Source of the DNA: Candidatus Latescibacterota bacterium
Lineage (GTDB): Bacteria; Latescibacterota; UBA2968; GCA-2709665
Direction of reading: 5' to 3'
Assembly: GCA_965219995.1 (NCBI GenBank)
Contig: CBDCOX010000002.1
Span: 4,224,001-4,288,000, forward strand
Length of the DNA: 64,000 nucleotides
Shown: one piece after another, positions 51,357 through 61,523 of the stretch
Position numbering within the stretch: position 1 is the first letter of the stretch
Layout of the letters: every line of letters starts with the position of its first letter
The notes under the pieces: generated by a model
What the model saw: only the letters and a program-made list of their open reading frames with translations
Databases searched by the model: none
What the model was told of the DNA's origin: nothing
Position numbers and translations under genes: made by a program

Positions 51357-52061
51357 GTGAACTCTCCTATGTGTCTTTATCGATACGGCGACGTGAGTGG
51401 GTGCGGACGTCCGTAGACGGGAACACACCTGGCCGCCGGAGTTGGATTGATCCGATCAGGTGCGGGACAGGCATGCACACCGGCGTACGTCGAAGCGCTG
51501 CGGGTTGACAGACAATGCGAAGAAGGAGAAAAGAGAGGAGGGCGGCTTCTCGGCAGGGGAACAACAACCGGGAAAGCCGGTGATTCAGGTTTGCCCGACG
51601 GGGACGCAGACCTGAAGGCTGTCGCTGATGGTGAAATCCAGAACCGCAACCGTGGCCCGCTGCTGCCTGGGACCTTGGAATCCCGGGACGACATTCTGCC
51701 TCGAATCTTCGGACGATACCGCTCGAGGATGATTCAGCGACGCGATGTTCAGCGATGATGTTGCAAAATGCGTCGTTGTGCGCGTGGGATAATAATAACA
51801 CATATTTGTTGAAGTATCACTGAAATTATGGGGTATTTCTGTTGATTTTTCGGTGAATTTTCGTGTTTTTTTGCCGATGAGGCACGGTTTTGCGAAAGCG
51901 ATTCGAATCACATCCCGCCCTCTTGACGTCGCTAACACTTTAAATCGTCAATACGGATCTTCAATGGATGGACATGACAGAGAGGGTAAAAACGATATAG
52001 ACGGAAGTAGGAGAGGTTGTGTCGCCTGTTGCGTCGATAAAATACCAAGCTCCACGATGTC

Positions 52062-52406
52062 AACCGATGCTGCAGTAGATCCTTCGTCAGCCTGCCTGCC
52101 AATGAATCTCTGTCAGGCATGGAGCTTCCTCAGGATGACAGTTTGCGCTCTCTCTTCGCCGACCCTTCGACCCTTCGACAGACTCAGGGCACCGCATGCT
52201 CAGGGAGCGGCTCAGGGCACGGGAGACAGGAATGTCTGCCCCACCTTCATGTCTGTTTCCTGCGCATGACAATTTTCGCAAACGCGTGACCGAAACATCC
52301 CGCGGAGGGCTCTTGTACGCCATGTCATTCTGAGCGGAGCGAAGAATCTCCGGTCTTCTGGATCGTCCTGAACGAAAACGCGCGGTAGACACATGTGCGC
52401 GGAGAC
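52062..52406 (+). repeat. Composite palindromic repeat, copy D
   Basis: Same arms as copies A-C, with an extra nested cccttcgacagactcagggca unit at about 52170-52190. Confidence 0.85.
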
Positions 52407-52507
52407 AACGCATGCCAGGAGGTTTTCTCGCAATGACAGCAGAAGAAAGGACCCTCCTCACTCAGGCCAAGGGCCTCGGACATCCCAAGATGGGCTCGTG
52501 TCCCGGG

Positions 52508-53173
52508 CTATTCGCCTATGGGAAAGCCGACGCCGGCCTGGAGGGTGAGACTTCTGTTCTTGATGTCTTCCTCAACCGTCTTGTCGACGTTTATGAGCCC
52601 CAACGTATATCGCAGGTTTACGGAAAACGCCATCCCGTCGGCAATTGCCGTATCCGTGCCGATCCCAACGCTGACGCCAAGATCCATACCGCTTACGTCG
52701 TCTCCACAAAAGGTCGAGACGTCGAGATCCTCGAAGATCTCGATGCCGCTGACGCGGGCGGAGGCGTCACATTTGGTATTGAATCCAAACGACGGTCCGG
52801 CAAACGCGTACACCGAAACCGGGTTTTCGGACGGTGTAAATCTGACAACCCCCGTGCCCGAGAGCTCGATGTAATCGAGAAAAAACGTGGCCTCCAGCGC
52901 TCCCAGATCGCCGCTGTATCCCTTCTGCACGTAGCCCCCGTCGAGTCTGAGACCGAAGTTGTCCCGCATTGGAATGGTGGCTGAAGCTCCGAGAGACAGG
53001 CCGATGCGCGGATCCAGACTTTCCGCGCCTTCGACCGGGATGCCGCTCATTGTCGCACGGTTCACGCCGCCACGAACGGCAATTGTGGTCTGTGCGAAAA
53101 TGGAGACGGGACTGTGCAATGCCGCGAGGACGAATACACTCGTCAGAACGATGACCTGCTGCAGGCGTTTCAT
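52508..53173 (-). CDS. Outer-membrane beta-barrel protein (OMP_b-brl/PorT-like)
   Basis: Signal peptide IFA-Q; GGYVQKG, LDYIEL, FAGPSFG, LRYTLGL and terminal LQAGVGF. Confidence 0.8.
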   Translation of the reverse strand: MKRLQQVIVLTSVFVLAALHSPVSIFAQTTIAVRGGVNRATMSGIPVEGAESLDPRIGLSLGASATIPMRDNFGLRLDGGYVQKGYSGDLGALEATFFLDYIELSGTGVVRFTPSENPVSVYAFAGPSFGFNTKCDASARVSGIEIFEDLDVSTFCGDDVSGMDLGVSVGIGTDTAIADGMAFSVNLRYTLGLINVDKTVEEDIKNRSLTLQAGVGFPIGE

Positions 53174-53518
53174 GAATATCTCCGTATTGAAGGAATTACT
53201 TTGAAACGGATCCCGATAGGAAAAACAGAATACATCAACTCTCGTATCAGCGGCGCACTTCTCTTCTGAACCTCCTTTCCGGAAAGTCGGGTTTGTCATT
53301 TGTACAAACAGATCTAATCGATGCCTGACTCCCCCTTCGCACCCGCCTGCGAACCGGACGCGAGCGTTCCGTTGGGCGAGAATTTCGCGCCAAATATTTC
53401 CGCACCAACACATGCGTTTCACTTCTTGGACGGACAACCATTCTCAATCGAAGTGGATATTCGTCGAATCTACTTTTCGACCGCAAGACCTCGCAACCGG
53501 GCGCGTTATGGGTCCGGC

Positions 53519-56500
53519 TTATCCTGACGTCCCATAGGCGTCTACAAACTCGAAGAAGTCAGCGAAGTTCACGATGCCGTTGCCGTCGAGGTCATATTTG
53601 GCGTCCGTGGTGCCGAAAGCGTCCACGAAGTCGAAGAAATCGGCGAAATTTACGATGCCGTCGCCGTTGAAATCGGCCGTCTTCTGTCCCGGCGGCGCCG
53701 GAGGCTCGGGAGCGCCGGCTAACGCGAGGGCCAGCCCGAAGGGCGTTATCAACCCGTCTGCGCCGGTAAATAGGTCTTCGACGTTGGAGCCGTCCAGATT
53801 CGCGCGCTGCACTTTGCGCGTCTCTCCATCGGCCCAGTACATCTTGCCGCCGATCACGTCCAGCGCCAGCCCGTCCGGGGCGACCAGACCGCTGGTGACC
53901 AGGTCTTCGACGTTGGAGCCGTCCAGATTCGCGCGATGAATCCCGCGCGTATCGTGGTCGGCCCAGTACATCTTGCCGCCGATCACGTCCAGCGCCAGCC
54001 CGATAGCATTGTCCAGATTGCCGACAACCAGATCCTCGACGTTGGAGCCGTCCAGATTCGCGCGCTGGATCTTGCGCGTGGCCGAATCCGCCCAGTACAT
54101 CCTGCCGCCGGACAGATCCAGCGCCAGCCCGCTGGGATTGCGCAGACCACGACTGACGAGGTCTTCGACGTTGGAACCGTCCAGATTCGCGCGATGAATC
54201 CTGTCCCTGTCGGTCCAGTACATCCTGCCGCCGGCTACGTCCAGCGCCAGCCCCCACGGGTCCTTTCGCCCGCCGGCGCTTGTGACCAGGTCTTCGATAT
54301 TGGAGCCATCCAGATTCGCGCGCTGGATCTTGTCCGTACTCCAATCCGTCCAGTACATCTTCCCGCCGGCCACGTCCAGCGCCAGCCCCCATGGGTCCTC
54401 CAGCCCGTCGGCGCTCGTGACCAGATCTTCGATATTGGAGCCATCCAAATCCGCGCGCTGGATCTTGTCCGTACCCCAATCCGTCCAATACAACACCGGA
54501 TTCGCCGCCGGTTCGCTCACGTCGGTCAGGTCAATGGTCACATCTATCGTGGTGCTGCCGCCCTGCCCGTCGGACACCCGCACGGTGACCGTATAGCGGT
54601 TCTTCACTTCGTAGTCATACGCGACGCCCGACCTGGTTTGTAGCTGCCCGCTGGTTGCAACGAGGTCGAAACTCGCCGCGTCCGTACCAGCCAGGCTGTA
54701 CGTCAGCGTACCGCCGTCCCCGTCAGTGGCACTGACCGGGCTGCCGATGTTCTGTCCCGCGCCCGTGTTCTCGGCAAAACTGCGCGTGGCGCTTGCGCCC
54801 TCGGTGAACGTGGGTACCTGATTGGCCCCACCGCCTGTATCGGCGGTGACCGGCAGCTGGGCCGTCAGCGCGGCGCCATTGTAATTCGCGATCGCGTCGG
54901 CGCCCACGGTAAACGTGAGCGTCCCGTCCGCATCGAAGTCGCCGCTAAACGTGAGCGTGACCGTCACCTTCGTATCGCTGGCCCTCTGCACACCGAACGT
55001 ACCTACACTTACACCGGTGATTCCCGACACCGACACGCCGCGCCGGACGTCGAAGATGGAACTCGCGTACTTGCCGCCCGCCAGGGTCAACGTTACCACG
55101 CTTCCGTTCAGCGTCGCTTCCGTGAGTGGAGACACTGTCGACGCCGCGACCGACTCCATGCCGGCGTTCACCGGCAATTGAGCCGTCAGCGCGTTTCCGC
55201 TGTAGCTCGCAACGGCGCCCGCGCCAACCGTGAACGTCAATGTACCGTTCGCGTCGATGTCTCCATTGAACCTCAGCCCAACCGTCACCTTCGTGTCGCT
55301 CACGCGCTGAATCCCGAACGTACCGACGGTCACGCCAGCGATCCCCGATACCGACACCCCGTCACGGACGTCGAAAATGGAACTCTCGTACGCGCGTCCG
55401 GCCAGCGTCAACGTCACCACGCTCCCGTTCAGCGTCGCCTCCGTCAGCGTCCGCGGCGTGGTCGCAACAACCGTTTCTTCCAGCGCGGTAACGGATACCC
55501 GGTCAGCCAGTGCGGCGCCACTGTAATTCGCGATCGCGCCTGCACCTACCGTGAACGTCAGTGTGCCGTCCTCATCGAAATCGCCGTTGAAGTCCAGCTC
55601 GACGGTCGCCTTCGTGTCGCTTACGCGCCGGATGCCGAACGTCCCCACGCTTACACCCGTGATGCCGGAAACCGAGACCCCGTCACGGACGTCGAACGTC
55701 GAACTCGCGAATCTGCCGCCCGAAAGCGTCAACGTCACCACGCTCCCGTCCAGCGTCGCCTCCGTCAGCGGTGACGTCGTTGTCGCTGTCACGGATTCCA
55801 TCCCCGCGGTCACCGGCAACTGCGCGGTCAGCGCAGACCCGCTGTAGCTCGCTATGGCGCCAGCACCCACGGTAAACGTCAACGTCCCGTTCGCGTCGAT
55901 GTCGCCGTTGAACGTCAGTTCCACCGTGACCACCGTATCGCTCTTGCGCTGGATACCGAACGTACCGACGGTCACGCCCGTGACGCCCGATACCGACACA
56001 CCGCGCCGCACGTCGAAGATCGAACTTTCGTACGCGCCGCCGGACAGCGTCAGCGTCACCACGCTCCCGTTTAGCGTCGCCTCCGTCAGCGGTGACGTCG
56101 TTGTCGCCGTTACGGATTCCATCCCCGCGGTCACCGGCAACTGCGCGGTCAGTGCATCGCCGCTGTAGCTCGCTATGGCGCCAGCACCCACGGTAAACGT
56201 CAACGTCCCGTCCGCGTCGATGTCGCCGTTGAACGTCAGTTCGACCGTCACCTTCGTGTCGTTCACGCGCTGGATACCGAACGTACCGACGGTCACGCCG
56301 GCAATGCCCGATACCGACACGCCTCGTCGGACGTCGAAGATCGAACTCTCGTACGCGCCGCCGGACAGCGTGAGCGTCACCACGCTCCCGTTTAGCGTCG
56401 CCTCCGTCAGCGGTGACGTCGTTGTCGCCGTCACCGACTCCATCCCGGCGCTCACGGACAACTGTGCAGTCAGCGCCGCTCCGTTGTACGACTCGATCGC

Positions 56501-57196
56501 ATCCGCGCCAACTGTGAAGGTCAGCGTTCCGTCACTGTCGATGTCGCCGTTGAAATCCAGTTCAACCGTGACCTTCGTGTCGCTCACACGACGGATGCCG
56601 AACGTCCCCACGCTCACACCCGTGATGCCCGAGACCGACACCCCGTCTCGCACGTCGAACGTGGAACTTTCGTAAGCACGTCCAGCCAGCGTCAGCGTCA
56701 CCACGCTTCCGTCCAGCGTTGCTTCGGTCAAGGGTGACGTCGTTGTCGCCGTCACCGTCTCTTCCACGGACGGCACTGACACATCCCTGGTCAGCGCCGA
56801 GCCGTTGTAGGACGCGATGGCGCCGGCGCCCACCGTGAACGTCAGCGTGCCTTCTTCGTCGAAGTCACCGCTGAAGTCCAGTTCAATCGTCAACTTCGTA
56901 TCATTTACGCGCGTTATCCCAAACGTCCCCACGCTCACGCCGGCAATGCCCGATACCGCCACGGCGCGTCTGATGGAGAAGATAGACCGCTCAAATGTAC
57001 GCCCCGCTAGTGTCACCGTAACCTCGCTGCCGTCCAGGATCGCTTCGGTCAACGGGCTTGGCGTCGACACCGTAATTGACTCCTGCACCGCAGGAACGGG
57101 AACCTGGGCGTACGCCAGACCCGGCGCCGCGAAAGCCATCAGGACGATAAGCGATATTGTCACGGCGAATCGTCGATTCACATGTGGCCGTTTCAT
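53519..57196 (-). CDS. Large exported adhesin-like protein: 7 x 107-aa repeats, cadherin, YWTD propeller, C-terminal dockerin
   Basis: Signal peptide AYA-Q; seven LTEAxLxGS repeats; PTF...ENT...SATDGDG...YDYE cadherin; six YWTD/YWAD repeats; DFNGDGIVNFADF...DLDGNGIVNFADF. Confidence 0.87.
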   Translation of the reverse strand: MKRPHVNRRFAVTISLIVLMAFAAPGLAYAQVPVPAVQESITVSTPSPLTEAILDGSEVTVTLAGRTFERSIFSIRRAVAVSGIAGVSVGTFGITRVNDTKLTIELDFSGDFDEEGTLTFTVGAGAIASYNGSALTRDVSVPSVEETVTATTTSPLTEATLDGSVVTLTLAGRAYESSTFDVRDGVSVSGITGVSVGTFGIRRVSDTKVTVELDFNGDIDSDGTLTFTVGADAIESYNGAALTAQLSVSAGMESVTATTTSPLTEATLNGSVVTLTLSGGAYESSIFDVRRGVSVSGIAGVTVGTFGIQRVNDTKVTVELTFNGDIDADGTLTFTVGAGAIASYSGDALTAQLPVTAGMESVTATTTSPLTEATLNGSVVTLTLSGGAYESSIFDVRRGVSVSGVTGVTVGTFGIQRKSDTVVTVELTFNGDIDANGTLTFTVGAGAIASYSGSALTAQLPVTAGMESVTATTTSPLTEATLDGSVVTLTLSGGRFASSTFDVRDGVSVSGITGVSVGTFGIRRVSDTKATVELDFNGDFDEDGTLTFTVGAGAIANYSGAALADRVSVTALEETVVATTPRTLTEATLNGSVVTLTLAGRAYESSIFDVRDGVSVSGIAGVTVGTFGIQRVSDTKVTVGLRFNGDIDANGTLTFTVGAGAVASYSGNALTAQLPVNAGMESVAASTVSPLTEATLNGSVVTLTLAGGKYASSIFDVRRGVSVSGITGVSVGTFGVQRASDTKVTVTLTFSGDFDADGTLTFTVGADAIANYNGAALTAQLPVTADTGGGANQVPTFTEGASATRSFAENTGAGQNIGSPVSATDGDGGTLTYSLAGTDAASFDLVATSGQLQTRSGVAYDYEVKNRYTVTVRVSDGQGGSTTIDVTIDLTDVSEPAANPVLYWTDWGTDKIQRADLDGSNIEDLVTSADGLEDPWGLALDVAGGKMYWTDWSTDKIQRANLDGSNIEDLVTSAGGRKDPWGLALDVAGGRMYWTDRDRIHRANLDGSNVEDLVSRGLRNPSGLALDLSGGRMYWADSATRKIQRANLDGSNVEDLVVGNLDNAIGLALDVIGGKMYWADHDTRGIHRANLDGSNVEDLVTSGLVAPDGLALDVIGGKMYWADGETRKVQRANLDGSNVEDLFTGADGLITPFGLALALAGAPEPPAPPGQKTADFNGDGIVNFADFFDFVDAFGTTDAKYDLDGNGIVNFADFFEFVDAYGTSG
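54845..57085 (-). repeat. Intragenic tandem repeat, 7 units of about 321 bp
   Basis: Equivalent positions recur at 55854, 56175 and 56817 (321-bp period); central units are nearly identical. Confidence 0.85.
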
Positions 57197-57213
57197 AAGT
57201 CAGCAACCCCTGT

Positions 57214-60200
57214 TTATTTAAATGTGCCAAGTGTGACGCGTCCGCCCTCGATGCTGCATCCTCCGGAGGCGATGCACGTATACCGCGTTCCATCCTGAAG
57301 CTCGATCAATCCGCCATTCTGAAAGCTGAGGACCGTACGTCCTCCGCTGCTTGTTAGACTTGCTTTCTGAAGGAGCTTCGGAACGAAGAAGCCGGAGGGG
57401 AAGTTCGGGAGCGCGTCGCCGACGCCGTAGGTCCTGCCCCGGCTGCTGCTGCCAACCGCGCCAATGGCGAGTCCGGACGGGTCGACAAGCCCGTCGGCGC
57501 TGGTGAGGAGGTCTTCCACGTTCGATCCATCCAGGTCGGCGCGCTGTACCTTGCCCGTGCCCACGTCCGTCCAGTACATCTTGCCGCCGTCCACGTCCAG
57601 ATCCAACCCTGTGGGGGTGTTCAGGCCCGTCGCAACCAGGTCTTCGACGTTCGAGCCGTCCAGATTCGCGCGCTGGATTTTGCTGGCGCCGCGGTCCGTC
57701 CAGTACATCTTGCCGGCTGACAGGTCCAGCGCCAGGCCGGTGGGGCTGCTCAGGCCGCTCGTGACCAGGTCCTCCGCGCTGGAACCGTCCAGATTCGCGC
57801 GCTGGATCTTGTCCGACCCGGGGTTGGTCCAGTACATCTTGCCATTTGGCACGTCCAGGCCGATTTCACCGGGAAATGCCAGGCCGGACAGTGTGCGGAG
57901 GTCTTCAACATTGGAGCCATCCAGATCCGCGCGTTGGATTTTGCTCGTCTGCCGGTTCGTCCAGTACATCTTTCCGCCTGCCACGTCCAGCGCCAGTCCG
58001 TACGGTACGCTCAGGCCGCTGGTGATCAGGTCCTCCACGTTGGAACCGTCCAGGTTCGCGCGCTGGATCTTGTTCGTCCCCGCGTCCGTCCAGTACATCT
58101 TGCCGCCTGACTCGTCGATGGCCAGCCCGTCCGGGCCATTGAGTCCTGCGCCACTGACCACGTCTTCGACGTTCGATCCATCCAGGTCGCCGCGCTGGAT
58201 CTTGTCAGTTCCCCAGTCCGTCCAATAGAGCTTTGTCGTTCCCGTGGCGGGCGGTGGTGACGCCGGCGCCGCGACCGTTATGCTCGCCGCGGCGGAGCAG
58301 TTGTTTCCCGTATCGGACTCACCCGTCACCGCGTCCACACAGGCCCCGTAGTAGTAGGTCCCGGCGGTCGACGGCGCCGTCAGGTTAATCGACTCGGCGC
58401 TGGATCCGGAAGCGGCAAGTCCGCTCACCGCGTCCGTCCCCACTTCCGTGTCGGTCGTGGAAATCGTCGCGTCCGAAGAACTGTAATAACGCAACGTCGA
58501 TGCCGCGGACGGGGCGTTGCCCCGGTTGCGGACCGTCGCACTCAGCGTGAAGGATGCCCCTGTATCCGGAGTGCTGCTGCTGACCGAAGGCGTATCGACG
58601 ATCAAGTCTGCCGAGGCGCTTCCCCCGCCACCGCCGGGGCCGCCTCCACCGCCGCCGGAGGACGTCGCCACGGCGACTCCGGACGGATCGACCAGTCCGT
58701 TGGACCCGGTGACCAGATCCTCCACGCCGGAACCGTCCAGATTGGCGCGCTGCACCTTGTTCGTGCCCGCGTCGGCCCAGTACATCTTGCCTGCCGGCAC
58801 GTCCAGAGCCAGACCGTTCGGGCTGTGCAGGCCGCTGGCGACCAGGTCTTCCACCCCCGAGCCGTTCAGGTTCGCCCGCTGGATCTTGTCCGAGCGCCGG
58901 TCCGTCCAGTACATCTTACCGCCGGAGACATCAAGTGCGATTCCGGTGGGACTGCTCACGTCGCTGGTGACCAGGTCTTCCACCCCCGAGCCGTCAAGAT
59001 TTGCGCGTTGAATCTTGTTCGCGCCGGGATTCGTCCAGTACATCTTGCCGCCGGATACGTCCAGCGCCAGACCGCCTGGAAACGTCAGACCGCCCGTAAT
59101 AAGGTCTTCTGCGTTCGCGCCACTGAGATCGGCCCTTTGAATCTTGTTCGTCTGCCGGTTCGTCCAGTACATCTTGCCGCCCGTCACGTCCAGGGCCAGA
59201 CCGTACGGAATCCCAAGGCCCGTCACGAGGTCTTCGACCCCGGAGCCGTCCAGGTTACCGCGCTGAATCTTGTTCGTACCGGCGTCCGTCCAGTACATCT
59301 TTCCGCCTGCCACGTCCAGTGCGAGCCCGTCCGGCCCGTCCAGCCCCGCGCCGGAGACCAGGTCTTCGACCCCCGAGCCGTCGACGTTCGACCGTTGGAT
59401 CTTGTCCGTGCCCCAGTCCGTCCAGTAGAGCTTCGATGCACCGGTGGCAGGAGGGGTCCGCGTCGTGACGGTCAGGGACACGGAAGCCGAACAGTTGTTG
59501 CCGGTATTGGACTCTCCCGCCACCGCGTCGACGCATGCTCCGTAGTAATAGGTGCCCGCATTCGACGGCGCCGTCAGGCTGATCGACTCAGCGCTCGAGC
59601 CGCCCGGCGACAGTCCGTTCACCGCGTCCGTACCGACTTGCGTGTCGCTGGCGGAAACGGTCGCGTCGGTCGAGCGATAGTAACGCAACGTGGACGCGGC
59701 AGACGAACCGTTTCCCTGGTTGCGCACCGCCGCGCCCAGCGTGAAGGTCGCGCCCGAAGCCACGTTATTGTTGCTGACGGAAGGCGACTGGACAACGAGG
59801 TCCGGGCTGCCGCCGCCCGTTGTCGGCGGCGGACCGCCAAAGCTCTGCGCGAAGATCAGAAAGTCCGTAAAGTCAACGGAACCGTCGGCATTCAGGTCTT
59901 GTGCGTTATTGTACCTCCCGTCCCCTTGCCGAGACCCGAACGCGCTTGCGAAAATCAGAAAGTCAGAGAATCCAACGTGGTTATCGCCGTCGAAGTCGGG
60001 GGAAGGCGGGGGAGGCGCAATATTGAACGTGACCTCACCGCCTGTCCTGAGTTCGTCGCTCGAGGTTGGACCCTCCGCGAGTGTAACCGACTCGATGCCG
60101 ATGGAAAACTGCCGGCCCGTAACGTCGGCAACGGTCGAAAACTCCGCGCGCGCGAGAAAGCCCGAAGACGCCAACGCGACGGGGTTACCCGCTGCCAGGT

Positions 60201-60531
60201 TCGCGCCGACGGAGCCTTCGGGAAGCGTGAGGGGGAACGCGCTGTTTTCGACCTTGACGAATGACAGAAGGGTAGCGTCGAAGTCGAATTTCAGAATCAT
60301 ACCGGCCAGGGACGTCCTCACGCCTGTCGCGAAAACCTCAACCGCGATGGTTGTACCGCGGCCGGAAACTGTCCCCGACGTAACCCCGTCATCCGTTTGG
60401 TTGCCCGCGCCTCCACCGGGAATCAGGTCAAGCGACAAAACGGCATTTGCATTGGCGCCCGCGAACGCCTGCCCGGCAAAAGCGGCGACCGCGATCGCGG
60501 TGATCAGCAATAGAGTCCGTTTGGGAATCAT
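57214..60531 (-). CDS. Large exported protein: cohesin-like, dockerin, (CARDB + YWTD propeller) x2, Cys-containing tail
   Basis: Signal peptide AFA; IAVEVFATG...LKFDFDATLLSF...FLARAEF; DFDGDNHVGFSDF...DLNADGSVDFTDF; two sets of six YWTD-type repeats; AAGGAG RBS. Confidence 0.87.
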   Translation of the reverse strand: MIPKRTLLLITAIAVAAFAGQAFAGANANAVLSLDLIPGGGAGNQTDDGVTSGTVSGRGTTIAVEVFATGVRTSLAGMILKFDFDATLLSFVKVENSAFPLTLPEGSVGANLAAGNPVALASSGFLARAEFSTVADVTGRQFSIGIESVTLAEGPTSSDELRTGGEVTFNIAPPPPSPDFDGDNHVGFSDFLIFASAFGSRQGDGRYNNAQDLNADGSVDFTDFLIFAQSFGGPPPTTGGGSPDLVVQSPSVSNNNVASGATFTLGAAVRNQGNGSSAASTLRYYRSTDATVSASDTQVGTDAVNGLSPGGSSAESISLTAPSNAGTYYYGACVDAVAGESNTGNNCSASVSLTVTTRTPPATGASKLYWTDWGTDKIQRSNVDGSGVEDLVSGAGLDGPDGLALDVAGGKMYWTDAGTNKIQRGNLDGSGVEDLVTGLGIPYGLALDVTGGKMYWTNRQTNKIQRADLSGANAEDLITGGLTFPGGLALDVSGGKMYWTNPGANKIQRANLDGSGVEDLVTSDVSSPTGIALDVSGGKMYWTDRRSDKIQRANLNGSGVEDLVASGLHSPNGLALDVPAGKMYWADAGTNKVQRANLDGSGVEDLVTGSNGLVDPSGVAVATSSGGGGGGPGGGGGSASADLIVDTPSVSSSTPDTGASFTLSATVRNRGNAPSAASTLRYYSSSDATISTTDTEVGTDAVSGLAASGSSAESINLTAPSTAGTYYYGACVDAVTGESDTGNNCSAAASITVAAPASPPPATGTTKLYWTDWGTDKIQRGDLDGSNVEDVVSGAGLNGPDGLAIDESGGKMYWTDAGTNKIQRANLDGSNVEDLITSGLSVPYGLALDVAGGKMYWTNRQTSKIQRADLDGSNVEDLRTLSGLAFPGEIGLDVPNGKMYWTNPGSDKIQRANLDGSSAEDLVTSGLSSPTGLALDLSAGKMYWTDRGASKIQRANLDGSNVEDLVATGLNTPTGLDLDVDGGKMYWTDVGTGKVQRADLDGSNVEDLLTSADGLVDPSGLAIGAVGSSSRGRTYGVGDALPNFPSGFFVPKLLQKASLTSSGGRTVLSFQNGGLIELQDGTRYTCIASGGCSIEGGRVTLGTFK

Positions 60532-60713
60532 CGGGGTACACTCCTTTGATTCGACAACGATTTCGATCCGCTACATGGTCCGAATGTGGAATACGTCACC
60601 TGTATCCGTTACGCCTCGAGGGAACGGCCTTCAGGTACACCGCCATCACTCGGAAGGGTGTTTCCGATGGCTGTATAACGCCGTGCGCGACTTCGGGCGA
60701 GACGACCTGGCGG

Positions 60714-61523
60714 CTACTTCAGCAACAGCATCCTTTTGGCGGACGAGAAACTGCCCGCCTGGATCCGATAGAGATAAACGCCGCTGGCCACGTGCCGGCC
60801 GAGCGCGTCCGTCCCGTCCCACGTTGCCGAAAACGATCCGGCATCCCTCCGTTCGTTCACCAGTTCGCGTACCTCCTGGCCCAGCAGATTATAGACGGCG
60901 AGCCGCACCTGCCCCGCCTCGGGAAGCTGATAGCCGATCGCCGTGGACGGGTTGAAGGGATTCGGGATATTCTGGTTCAGCCTGAATTGATCCGGCAACG
61001 GCTTCAGATCGCCGACCTCAACCCGGGAGAGCAGATCCACGGCGCCATCCACGCCTACCAGCACGCTCTCGGACACCCGAAAGTCCGACGCCGAAGGCGT
61101 ACCTCTGGTTGTGAAGGTGAGTTCAACGAGTTTGCCGTTGCCGCTGGCGCCCTGCCCATCGGTTCTCACCGCGCCGATATTCAACTCACCCGGCGTCCGG
61201 TCCGACGTCAGGAACAGCGTTTCCCGGCCGGAACCCGACTTGAGCAGATTGCCGCGCGGTTCCCTGGCTTCCAAGAACTCGTACCTGGCGGCATCGTATT
61301 GCAGCGTCAGGCCGTATCCCTTCAGATTATTGGCCTGAGACAACGTGAGACGCAACGTCAGGATCCCGTCTTCGCCGGCCGATTCGTCCACGCGCTCCAG
61401 CTTGAGCGCCGCCAATGCGTTCTGCCCCCCGGTAATCGTGATCCCGCGGGTCATATTTCCGGCCAACGCCGCACCGGTCAACACAAACGCCGCACATACG
61501 GTTGCGACCAAACGGTTAAACAT
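60714..61523 (-). CDS. Exported cohesin-domain protein with FlgD/T9SS-type C-terminal domain
   Basis: Signal peptide ALA; LTLSQANNLKGYGLTLQYDAARYEF...GASGNGKLVELTF cohesin pattern; LNQNIPNPFNPST...WDGTD...SGVYLYRI; AAGGAGG RBS. Confidence 0.78.
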   Translation of the reverse strand: MFNRLVATVCAAFVLTGAALAGNMTRGITITGGQNALAALKLERVDESAGEDGILTLRLTLSQANNLKGYGLTLQYDAARYEFLEAREPRGNLLKSGSGRETLFLTSDRTPGELNIGAVRTDGQGASGNGKLVELTFTTRGTPSASDFRVSESVLVGVDGAVDLLSRVEVGDLKPLPDQFRLNQNIPNPFNPSTAIGYQLPEAGQVRLAVYNLLGQEVRELVNERRDAGSFSATWDGTDALGRHVASGVYLYRIQAGSFSSAKRMLLLK

